This document shows, piece after piece, positions 27,484 to 35,734 of a DNA stretch of 64,000 nt. Origin of the DNA: Candidatus Omnitrophota bacterium (lineage in GTDB: Bacteria; Omnitrophota; Gorgyraeia; Tantalellales; Tantalellaceae). A program made the position numbers and the translations under genes. How positions within the stretch are numbered: the first letter of the stretch is position 1; each line of letters begins with the position of its first letter. The stretch spans positions 4,337 through 68,336 of the forward strand of contig JBDRBY010000001.1 in NCBI GenBank assembly GCA_043822245.1, read 5' to 3'. The notes below the pieces were generated by a model. That model did no database searches. It was not told the origin of the DNA and saw only the letters and a list, made by a program, of their open reading frames with translations.

Positions 27484-28806
27484 CTACAGCAATTCGGCCG
27501 CTAAGGAGGCCAGGGAACTTCTTTCACTTTTGGACAATGTCATATGGCCAAAGGTTTTTTGACCTTTCATCTTCTCCACACAATACGCCAGCCCGTTGCT
27601 TGACGAATCCAAATAAGGGTTATCTATTTGATAGGGATCGCCGGTAAGAACCATTTTGGTATGATTTCCCGCGCGGCTTATGACTGTCTTTACTTCATGC
27701 GGTGTCATATTCTGCGCTTCGTCAATTATAATGAACCTATGCGGGATACTGCGGCCCCGCATAAAGGTCATGGCTTCAAGTTCTATAAGATTGTCTTTAA
27801 TATACTTTTCAATCTGTGTTTTTGGTTTGCCTTTCGCGTCCTTAGGTTCCGTTCCCACGTCAAAAATGTACTCAAGATTATCAAAAATCGGCCCCATCCA
27901 GTTTTCAAGCTTCTCTTCCTTTGTGCCCGGAAGATAACCTATATCATTTCCTAAAGGCATCACGGGGCGTGAAATTAAAAGCCCTGAATATTTTTTCTCC
28001 TTTACTACTTTTTGAAGCCCCGCCGCTATAGCTAAAAGAGTTTTACCGGTACCAGCCGAGCCTACAAGCGTGACCAAACTAATATCGTCATTTAACAACA
28101 AGTCTATTGCCATAACCTGTTCTTTATTTCTCGGTTTTATGGACATTAAGTGCGGTTTGTCAAAAATAAGCGGTACCAACACGTCCTCGTCCTTCTTATA
28201 CCTGGCCAGGGCAGTATGTTTTGAATTTTCTTTATCTTTTATAAACGCGAATTCATTCGGGTAAAATGTCTTTCCGCTCGCTTTGTACTCCTTTTTAGAA
28301 AAGAAAGTATCCACAACATTACTGTCAACCTCTACAGTCTGCCATCCTCCATAGAGACGCTCAAAATCAACTTTCTGCTTTTCAAAATCCACGCTATCAA
28401 TCCCTAAGGCGTCCGCCTTGATCCTGGCGTTGATGTCTTTTGACACAAAAATTACTTGTTCACCCTTTTTTTTCTGAGCGTACGCGGCCATTAATATTCG
28501 ATTATCCACGATTTTCATGGAAAGACCCATTTCAGGCATTTTGCTAAAATCCTCCGCTATAAATATTTTGAGCATCCCGCCCTTATCCAGCGGATATCCC
28601 TCTCCGGGTTCGCCTTTTTGTCGCAATTCGTCTAACATACGTATGGCCATCCTCGCGTTGCGCCCTTTCTCATCATGGTTTCGCTTGAAGCCATCAAGTT
28701 CTTCCAAAACTTCTATCGGGACTAAAACAATATTATCCGCGAACGATAAAAGAGAATACGGGTTATGCAATATCACGTTGGTATCAAGCACAAATGTTTT
28801 TCTCAA
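27484..28806 (-). CDS. PIN-PhoH family protein (PhoH2/YlaK-like)
   Basis: FVLDTNVILH PIN domain, SKDINARIKA, GSAGTGKTLLA, RGRSI, IIDEAQN, LTGDPYQIDNP; probable TTG start at 28806 after GGAGG. Confidence 0.93.
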   Translation of the reverse strand: MRKTFVLDTNVILHNPYSLLSFADNIVLVPIEVLEELDGFKRNHDEKGRNARMAIRMLDELRQKGEPGEGYPLDKGGMLKIFIAEDFSKMPEMGLSMKIVDNRILMAAYAQKKKGEQVIFVSKDINARIKADALGIDSVDFEKQKVDFERLYGGWQTVEVDSNVVDTFFSKKEYKASGKTFYPNEFAFIKDKENSKHTALARYKKDEDVLVPLIFDKPHLMSIKPRNKEQVMAIDLLLNDDISLVTLVGSAGTGKTLLAIAAGLQKVVKEKKYSGLLISRPVMPLGNDIGYLPGTKEEKLENWMGPIFDNLEYIFDVGTEPKDAKGKPKTQIEKYIKDNLIELEAMTFMRGRSIPHRFIIIDEAQNMTPHEVKTVISRAGNHTKMVLTGDPYQIDNPYLDSSSNGLAYCVEKMKGQKTFGHMTLSKSERSSLASLAAELL

Positions 28807-28870
28807 AGTTCCTCCTTTCATAAAGAGATTAGATTCTTCAGGCCCCTCCGGGCCCTGGAATGACAGAATT

Positions 28871-29680
28871 TTACAAACCATCCCGCGCCGGGGGCATATT
28901 TATGTATGAGTCAAAATCCATATGCCCGGTGATGTATTTTTTCAAATACGATATACGCTCAGAAAGATACGGATGACTTCTAAAATACGAGTACCGCCTC
29001 GTTGGAGCTTTTTTTCGAAAATCGCGCAGTGTCTCTAACGCTCTAATTGTACCATAAGCGTCAAACCCGGCTAACCGCAAATATTTAACCGAAAGTTCAT
29101 CCGCCTGCCTTTCATCTTTGCGCGAATAAGCGGACATTAACTGGCCTATGGCATTACCCAACGCGGCATAAGTCCCCTGTTCAGCCTCAATCTGAGTTCC
29201 CAACAACAATAAAGCGGTTACACCAAGATTCGCCTGCATCCGTTTTACTGAATGTTTAGCTTCAACATGCGCCATTTCATGGGATAAAACCGCCGCTGTA
29301 TTGTCGTCTGTTTTTAGAGCTTCCATCAGGTCGGAAAAAATATATATGTATCCGCCGGGCGCGGCAAACGCGTTGTAATTATTATCCTTTTCGTCCTCCA
29401 AAACTTTAAATCTATAAACTAAATCTTTTCTGTCGGTGCAAAGAGCAAGGCTGTCTCCTATTTGCTTCACGCGCTGATCGAGAAGAGGGTCAACAGGCAT
29501 TTTGTATTGCTTTCTTACCTGCTCATCGATCTTTTTCCCTATATTCCGTTCCTTAACGACAGGAACAAGTATAACTTCTTCTTCGTCAGTAGCCGGGTTA
29601 ATCGAGACAATACTACCTAAAAAAAAAGGGGTTAAGAACAATATTACTATTGGCACTATCTTAGCAGCATTAAACCCCAT
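28871..29680 (-). CDS. M48 family zinc metallopeptidase (BepA/YfgC-like)
   Basis: NAFAAPGGYIYI, HEMAH, YSRKDERQAD, SHP. Confidence 0.93.
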   Translation of the reverse strand: MGFNAAKIVPIVILFLTPFFLGSIVSINPATDEEEVILVPVVKERNIGKKIDEQVRKQYKMPVDPLLDQRVKQIGDSLALCTDRKDLVYRFKVLEDEKDNNYNAFAAPGGYIYIFSDLMEALKTDDNTAAVLSHEMAHVEAKHSVKRMQANLGVTALLLLGTQIEAEQGTYAALGNAIGQLMSAYSRKDERQADELSVKYLRLAGFDAYGTIRALETLRDFRKKAPTRRYSYFRSHPYLSERISYLKKYITGHMDFDSYINMPPARDGL

Positions 29681-29681
29681 A

Positions 29682-30431
29682 TTATTTCCGATTTTTGGTT
29701 TTACTCATTGTTAAATATTCATGTCTTATTCTACTGGGAGCGTAAAGGATATTAGTTTTTACATCTTGTGCTTCTTTTTCTAAACGAATGATTAAATCCT
29801 TAACAAGGGCCCTTTTAGAATCAGAATTTCTCGGACAGCAAGATCTGACTGCCCTAATGCGTTTATGTTTTACATAGCTCTCAATCTGCTTCTCTTCTAA
29901 AAGAACCAGCGGCCTGATGATAACAATTTTCCCGCCAAACAGCTTTTGTTCCGGATTCATAGATGATATTTCACCTTTCCAAAACATATTCATCAATATT
30001 GTTTCGACAATATCATCTTTGTGATGCCCAAACGCGATTTTATTGTATCCTATTTCATCCGCTGTTTCAAATAACATCTTGCGCCTCATCCATGAACACC
30101 AAAAACAATCCTGCCTTTCAAGTTTATTTGTTTTACTAATGGCAATGTCGCGAAAAAGATAATCACACCCGATAGATTTAAAAAATCTTTTAAGCTTAGC
30201 AGACTTTTTCTCTTGATCTTGGTCATAATCAGTTCTTATGTGCACAGCCTTAATCATGTAATCTATGGGCAGTCGTTTTTTTCGCTCTTGAAGCTCTTTT
30301 AATAAAACCAGGCTGTCTTTACCGCCGGATACAGCGACAAGAACACGATCCCCTGCCTCTATCATTTTATACCGATTAATTGCCATACCAATTTTTCTGA
30401 CTACTAAATGTTCGATCTTATTTCTTTTCAT
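29682..30431 (-). CDS. ttcA: tRNA 2-thiocytidine(32) synthetase TtcA
   Basis: PP-loop SGGKDS, CFWC..MRR, GHHKDDIVET, IIRPL, CCP. Confidence 0.88.
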   Translation of the reverse strand: MKRNKIEHLVVRKIGMAINRYKMIEAGDRVLVAVSGGKDSLVLLKELQERKKRLPIDYMIKAVHIRTDYDQDQEKKSAKLKRFFKSIGCDYLFRDIAISKTNKLERQDCFWCSWMRRKMLFETADEIGYNKIAFGHHKDDIVETILMNMFWKGEISSMNPEQKLFGGKIVIIRPLVLLEEKQIESYVKHKRIRAVRSCCPRNSDSKRALVKDLIIRLEKEAQDVKTNILYAPSRIRHEYLTMSKTKNRK

Positions 30432-30493
30432 AATTACGCCATATTATGCTATAATCCCCGGCTATAACCTTCAGAAAATCAAGAAATGATTTT

Positions 30494-30910
30494 TCACGCG
30501 CGAGTTCCCAACCGTTTAAGCGCTACGCCTAAAATTTTAAGCATCACAACTTTCTCGAGATAATCCAGGCTGAAAGGTTTAAGAATGTAATCATCCGCTC
30601 CCAGTGTAAAAGCGTTTTCGATAACAGCCTTGTCTTCCACGCTCGTCATCATTATAACTTTTGTTTCGGGAGCGATATTTTTTATTTCTTCGAGCACTTG
30701 TATACCGTCTTTTCCCCATCCAAGTTTCACATCTAAAAGTACTATTGAAGGCGCGTCTTTTTTAACAATCTTTAAGGCTTTACTCCCATTCGTAGCTTGC
30801 AACACTAAAAAATTTTTACAACTAAAAAAATCATACAAGAAAGAAACAATACCAATTTGATCGTCAACAACAAGTATTTTGTTTCCCGGCAATGGCCTTT
30901 TATTTTTCAT
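30494..30910 (-). CDS. Single-domain response regulator
   Basis: ILVVDD, LLDVKL, IMMTS, GADDYILKPF. Confidence 0.9.
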   Translation of the reverse strand: MKNKRPLPGNKILVVDDQIGIVSFLYDFFSCKNFLVLQATNGSKALKIVKKDAPSIVLLDVKLGWGKDGIQVLEEIKNIAPETKVIMMTSVEDKAVIENAFTLGADDYILKPFSLDYLEKVVMLKILGVALKRLGTRA

Positions 30911-30962
30911 TTTATTCCCTTTCTTTGTTATGGCGAGTATACCTAAGATTCCTTTCATTTTC

Positions 30963-30999
30963 AAAAAAAATAGGGAGAATTTTTAATATTTCTCCCTAT
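30963..30999 (-). terminator. Rho-independent terminator
   Basis: ATAGGGAGAA/TTCTCCCTAT stem followed by a T-tract on the minus strand. Confidence 0.6.
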
Positions 31000-31058
31000 C
31001 ATACGTTTAATTTATAACTGAACTATTTCTTTATTTTTCTATTTAACTTACAATCGAT

Positions 31059-31430
31059 TTACTGTTTTAAATAGTTTAACACGGCTTTTTCTTTAGACTT
31101 TTTCCATTTGTCCATAAAATCCACTTTGTTTTTCGTTTTTAACACAGGGCCTATCGTAGAAATTTCAGAAAAAGCTTGATATCCCGCGCCATTCTTCTTT
31201 TCACACACTCCAATCGGGGTAACCTTTAGAATAAGCGACGATGAAATAATAAAAATCGCGACTACCAAAACAGCATATTTCTTTATTTGGTGAGACATTA
31301 GAGATACTGTTTTACACTTCATCGTCACGCCAAAATCCACATCACCTTTGAGATATTCACCGGCAAGATTGCCGGCATCTTCTGTGTCCTGCCCCTCACA
31401 GATAAGCTCAATCACTGTACGGTATTTCAC
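31059..31430 (-). CDS. Hypothetical single-TM protein
   Basis: GTG start after AGGAGG, own promoter and terminator, one TM helix. Confidence 0.7.
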   Translation of the reverse strand: MKYRTVIELICEGQDTEDAGNLAGEYLKGDVDFGVTMKCKTVSLMSHQIKKYAVLVVAIFIISSSLILKVTPIGVCEKKNGAGYQAFSEISTIGPVLKTKNKVDFMDKWKKSKEKAVLNYLKQ

Positions 31431-31482
31431 TTTTCTGTACCTCCTGTGCATTGTTGAGTTAATAGAACCTATACCTCATTTA

Positions 31483-31511
31483 ATTGTACAGAAACAAAGT
31501 GAAACTGTCAA
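31483..31511 (-). promoter_or_regulatory. Sigma70 promoter
   Basis: TTGACA-N17-TACAAT with TG extension. Confidence 0.75.
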
Positions 31512-31522
31512 CTAACTTTTTT

Positions 31523-32374
31523 TTATCTAACCGACGGAACGGTCGCGCCCGTTCCCTCCGATGTGAAATTGGGAAACGCGCCCCTACGGTTAAACAATCT
31601 TATCATTTCATCATGAATTAATCCGTTTGTCGCGATAATTTCTTTTTTAAAAATATCAAATTGGTTTCCATTAAGCGTGGTTACCAAACCCCCAGCCTCT
31701 TTCACTATTAATTGCCCTGCCGCGGTATCCCATGGATTTAGGTTAAATTCCCAAAATCCGTCAAACCTGCCGGAGGCTACATAACAGAGATCTATTGCCG
31801 CTGACCCCGCGCGGCGCAGTGCCTGAGAGTTTTCCAGCATAATTTTAAAGTAATCAAGATTAGCAATCCTTCCATCAATATCATACGCGAATCCGGTTGC
31901 TAAAAGCGAATCTTGTACTTTTCTCTGTTTAGAAACACTTATCCGCCTTTTGTTCAAAAACGCGCCAGTGCCCTCTTCCGCTGAGAAGAGTTCATCCCGT
32001 GAAGGATCGTACACCACCCCTACACGGACAACATCCTCAAAAATAATCCCGATTGACACACAAAAAAATGGAAATGTATGCGCGTAATTTGTAGTTCCAT
32101 CAAGCGGATCAATAACCCACCTAATCCCGCCTTTTGCCCCATGTTCCCCGCTCTCTTCCGCTAAAATGGAATGGCCGGGAAATGTTTTATTTATTTTCGA
32201 AATTATCATTTCTTCGCATTTTTTGTCCACGTCAGTAACAAGATTATTTACCCCCTCCTTATGCTTTATTTCTTTCAGGTTTCCCATACGCTTAAGCGCG
32301 TATTTGCCAGCCTTTTCCGCTATTGAAACGGCAAGTTTTTTAATCCGCTTATATTCTTTTGTCTTATTTTGCAT
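31523..32374 (-). CDS. suhB: Inositol monophosphatase family protein SuhB
   Basis: LVTDVD, WVIDPLDGTTNY, RRAGSAAIDLCYVASGRFDGFWE, PWDTAAG. Confidence 0.95.
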   Translation of the reverse strand: MQNKTKEYKRIKKLAVSIAEKAGKYALKRMGNLKEIKHKEGVNNLVTDVDKKCEEMIISKINKTFPGHSILAEESGEHGAKGGIRWVIDPLDGTTNYAHTFPFFCVSIGIIFEDVVRVGVVYDPSRDELFSAEEGTGAFLNKRRISVSKQRKVQDSLLATGFAYDIDGRIANLDYFKIMLENSQALRRAGSAAIDLCYVASGRFDGFWEFNLNPWDTAAGQLIVKEAGGLVTTLNGNQFDIFKKEIIATNGLIHDEMIRLFNRRGAFPNFTSEGTGATVPSVR

Positions 32375-32422
32375 GGTTCATCCTTTCCAATTCGCGCCCT
32401 AAAAAATACATTTAAATGCTTC

Positions 32423-32446
32423 GGCAAAGGCATGCCTTTGCCCTAC
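32423..32446 (-). repeat. GTAG-type REP palindrome
   Basis: Minus strand GTAGGGCAAAGGCATGCCTTTGCC. Confidence 0.75.
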
Positions 32447-32767
32447 AATTTCCTCAATGGACAAATTTGACACTTGGGTTTTCGTTTAACACAAAACTGT
32501 TTGGCTGTTTCCACTAAAAGAGCGTGTAACTGATTTAAGGCTTTTGTTGAGGCTGGAAAATTTTCACGCGCGAGGCGTTGTACTTCCTCATACGAGGCAT
32601 CTTCGCGTATAATCTTATGCCGAAAAAATATTCTTTTAGCGTATTCGTCAACTACAAATACAGGCTTTCGCAAAGCATACAAAATGATTTTCAAGAATTC
32701 TATATATCTTTTGAATGCTTTTCAAAGTTTTGGCGGAAAAGGCATACCCGTACCCGCAAGGGTGCAT
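32443..32767 (-). pseudogene. Internally deleted endonuclease III-related (HhH-GPD) gene
   Basis: N-terminal piece ...KSIQKIYRILENHF joined out of frame to C-terminal piece ILYALRKPVFVVDEY...HALLV...CVKRKPKCQICPL; the HhH core is absent. Confidence 0.75.
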
Positions 32768-32775
32768 TTTCCCTA

Positions 32776-33111
32776 CTATTTCTTTTTACCGGCTTTCGCG
32801 ATGCGGGATATTTTCTTTCTCATCTTCGCGCCTTCGGAGTCTATCTTTTCAAGTCTTGCCTTGTACTTCTGTAAAATAGAGATGTCAAAATCTTCTTTTT
32901 TTAACTGTTCAGCCACATATTTCCCGATCTCGTGATAAAGTTTTTCTTTTTGCAAATTCTTCATCTGTATCTCAATGTGAGTCTGCGCTATCCTATAAAG
33001 CTTGCTGATATCCTCTTCCGCGGTCTTCGCCACCTTGGCCAATTGTTCACCGGTTTTTTTAACTATCGGCTGGTATTTTTTCATAAAACTGTCCATCTCT
33101 GTTTTTTTCAT
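32776..33111 (-). CDS. Hypothetical basic helical protein
   Basis: Strong SD AAGGAGGAG, 111-aa coiled-coil-like ORF. Confidence 0.75.
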   Translation of the reverse strand: MKKTEMDSFMKKYQPIVKKTGEQLAKVAKTAEEDISKLYRIAQTHIEIQMKNLQKEKLYHEIGKYVAEQLKKEDFDISILQKYKARLEKIDSEGAKMRKKISRIAKAGKKK

Positions 33112-33137
33112 TTCTCCTCCTTTATGAATCTTTCTAC

Positions 33138-33163
33138 AGAGACGCGATTAATCGCGTCTCTAC
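33138..33163 (-). repeat. GTAG-type REP palindrome (same family as 8161/8268)
   Basis: Minus strand GTAGAGACGCGATTAATCGCGTCTCT. Confidence 0.85.
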
Positions 33164-33282
33164 CTCTTCCTGACAGCATCGCTCTGAAACCATTTGGTCG
33201 AACATGTGTCCGTGCCGCTTGGGGGAAATGTTGCTTGCAAGATTTCCCCCAAATTCCCAGGCGGCCGGACCAGTTTTCACGG

Positions 33283-34068
33283 TCACTCCTCTTTTTCTGC
33301 GCGAATACGGCATACTCCGCGTTTTGAAGATTCTATAAACGAAACGAAATGCGAAATTTCTTCTGAATTAAACGATTTTTTTATTTCCTCAAGCGCTTGT
33401 TTATTTGATATTCCGGAGAGAAAAAAGATTTTATATGCCTCTTTAACTTCTCTTATAACTTCCCTGCTGAATCCGGCACGACGCAATCCGACAAGATTGA
33501 TACCCCTGACAATGGAAGAGCCCCTAACATTAACATAGGGCGGAACATCTTTATTAACACCTGTAAACCCGCCTACAATGGCATATCTTCCCACACGGCA
33601 AAACTGATGGAAAACCACATTGCCTGAAATAAACGCGCCTTTCTCAACCTGCACATAACCAGCCAACAAAGCTCCATTCGCTATTATGATATTATCTTGT
33701 AAAACACAATTGTGCCCCAGATGAGACTGCACCATTAAAAAATTATTGTCTCCAATGATTGTAGCTGAAGCTTCAGTCGTCCCACGATGAATTGTTACAT
33801 ACTCTCTGATAATATTATTTTTCCCAATCTTTGTGAAAGTTTCAGCCCCTTTATACGCGTAATCCTGAGGTTCTCCCCCTACAACCGCGCCCGGATGAAT
33901 AATTGTGCCTTCTCCGATCTCTGTACCTCTGCATATGTACACGTTAGACATAACCCTGACACGCTCATGTATAATTACATTGTCTTCAATTATGGTGCCC
34001 GGGCCTACACTCGCGGAGGGAGCAATTTCCGAAAATTTAGAGACCATTGCCAATTTATGAATGTCCAT
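33283..34068 (-). CDS. lpxA: UDP-N-acetylglucosamine O-acyltransferase
   Basis: Hexapeptide repeats, GGEPQD, IREYVTIHRGT, HLGHNC, HQFCRVG, GINLVGLRRAGF. Confidence 0.95.
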   Translation of the reverse strand: MDIHKLAMVSKFSEIAPSASVGPGTIIEDNVIIHERVRVMSNVYICRGTEIGEGTIIHPGAVVGGEPQDYAYKGAETFTKIGKNNIIREYVTIHRGTTEASATIIGDNNFLMVQSHLGHNCVLQDNIIIANGALLAGYVQVEKGAFISGNVVFHQFCRVGRYAIVGGFTGVNKDVPPYVNVRGSSIVRGINLVGLRRAGFSREVIREVKEAYKIFFLSGISNKQALEEIKKSFNSEEISHFVSFIESSKRGVCRIRAEKEE

Positions 34069-34484
34069 TAGTTTTTTCCCTTAATCCTTTCAAGTTGATC
34101 CATCAGATCATTTATAACATTCGCGATTGGGCTGAGATCATGGTCTTTACTGATCTGAAGCCTTACCCCGTAATCTCCTTCATCTATCCGCTTTATATCT
34201 TCTTCCAGTCTCTCCAGGGGCGCGACAAATCTATAGGATAATACAATCGCCCATGTAAGCAAAATGACAAAAATCGACGGCAATGCCACGGCAAGAACAA
34301 AATTTATTCTCTGTATAACGGGAAGAAGATCCCGGGCTATTACATCGGGTAAAATAATCTGTTCCGCCATTACGGTGAAAATAAAGTAGTATAGACAGCC
34401 CCCGACAAACGCCGCCGGAATTATCATCGACAAAACGAGAATAAGCAAATAATGTGCTCTTAGAGATTTGTTTAAGTATTTGAT
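34068..34484 (-). CDS. Small two-TM protein with HAMP domain
   Basis: Two TM helices then PLERLEEDIKRIDEGDY...LSPIANVIN. Start uncertain: ATC at 34484 after AAGGAGG, or TTG at 34448. Confidence 0.75.
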   Translation of the reverse strand: MKYLNKSLRAHYLLILVLSMIIPAAFVGGCLYYFIFTVMAEQIILPDVIARDLLPVIQRINFVLAVALPSIFVILLTWAIVLSYRFVAPLERLEEDIKRIDEGDYGVRLQISKDHDLSPIANVINDLMDQLERIKGKN

Positions 34485-35224
34485 GCTAACCTCCTTAATG
34501 AGACTTTGGTTTCATATCCAAACTCTATTTCATCGTAATACGCGACAGCGTTACTGCCTGTTGAATCTGAATCTGTCATAAAAGCGATACCCATTACGTC
34601 TTTGTCTTCTTCTGAAGAAAAAAGTTCTTTAAAATCCTTATTGATATCCCTTTCTTCCTTCCTCCACTCATCAGACTCACCTGAAGCAAGTACCAAAATT
34701 TTAACATTGTTTGTATAAGGGCTGGAAACCACGGTGCCGACAGGCACCTCTTTCGCCCAAACGTACTGTATAGCTTTGGTCTTCAAAAAAAACCTTGAGA
34801 AGAATACAACATAGACCTGCGCGGAAAAATCAAACTCCGCTTTTTTATCTAAAGCCTCTTTTCTTTTTAACGAAGGGAATCTCTCGACCTTCCATTCCCA
34901 GCTGATGAAGGGATTTTTATCCGAGAAAAGCCGCTCTTTTAAAAAAAGCGCTGAAGCTGAATTTTCACTCATCGCTTTCACGCATTTACGCGCGCCGTAA
35001 CTCATTACTCTATAACTTGTTTTGTTTTGAACAAACGACTTTTCTTCCCACTTTTCCAGCTCTTCACGCGATAAAAATTCAAAATGTGCTAAAACTTCCT
35101 TCTTGCCGAATTCGACTAGCGGCTTTTTCTTAATAGATGAAAAGTACACGACATACAGACTAATCCCTGTGAAAACAATAAGCATTAACGTTAGTATTAA
35201 TTTTATCAGCCGTTTCACATTCAC
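34472..35224 (-). CDS. DUF3047-like membrane-anchored protein
   Basis: ISWEWKV, DFSAQVYVVF, AIQYVW, SPYT, W..EERD, IAFMTDSDST. Confidence 0.82.
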   Translation of the reverse strand: MNVKRLIKLILTLMLIVFTGISLYVVYFSSIKKKPLVEFGKKEVLAHFEFLSREELEKWEEKSFVQNKTSYRVMSYGARKCVKAMSENSASALFLKERLFSDKNPFISWEWKVERFPSLKRKEALDKKAEFDFSAQVYVVFFSRFFLKTKAIQYVWAKEVPVGTVVSSPYTNNVKILVLASGESDEWRKEERDINKDFKELFSSEEDKDVMGIAFMTDSDSTGSNAVAYYDEIEFGYETKVSLRRLASNT

Positions 35225-35229
35225 CTTTG

Positions 35230-35559
35230 TTATACATTCATCTTCTCAGCCCATTCGCCAATAATCGGTATTCTCCATTTATTCCCCATGAGAACCTGCA
35301 CTATCGCGATAAGGGAAATGAGGCCGAAAATGAGCACGCCTAATGTATAAATCAGCGGGCCAAAAATTGGTATAATACTGATTATTCCGACTCCCACTTC
35401 AATAATAAAAAGCATAAGACCCTGCCGGCTGTGAAAGCGGACAAACTCATCGTTTTTTTTCATTAAAACAGGTATAAGGCACAATACCCACAGATACGAG
35501 AGTACAGCATACACACTGCCGCTTGAAGCGGATTTTAACGGTTTTTCTTCTGTCATCAT
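35230..35559 (-). CDS. DUF4870/Tic20-like small membrane protein
   Basis: AVLSYLWVLCLIP, FVRFHSRQGL, WRIPIIG. Confidence 0.82.
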   Translation of the reverse strand: MMTEEKPLKSASSGSVYAVLSYLWVLCLIPVLMKKNDEFVRFHSRQGLMLFIIEVGVGIISIIPIFGPLIYTLGVLIFGLISLIAIVQVLMGNKWRIPIIGEWAEKMNV

Positions 35560-35601
35560 TAAGCCCCCTTTCTTTTAGTGTTTAAAACATTCATGATAAC
35601 T

Positions 35602-35629
35602 ATTGTAATGTATGTAGGGTAAAAGTCAA
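35602..35629 (-). promoter_or_regulatory. Sigma70 promoter candidate
   Basis: TTGACT-N16-TACAAT. Confidence 0.55.
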
Positions 35630-35676
35630 ATGAATTATAGAGACACAGCAATGCCTCGTCTCTATACCTGACAAAT

Positions 35677-35715
35677 AAAAAAAACCTGGCTCGCTTTCAC
35701 GAGCCAGGTTTTTTT
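35677..35715 (-). terminator. Rho-independent terminator of the porin gene
   Basis: AAAAAAAACCTGGCTCG-CTTTCA-CGAGCCAGGTTTTTTT, just past the porin stop. Confidence 0.88.
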
Positions 35716-35734
35716 ACGTTGCTGAAATAACTTC

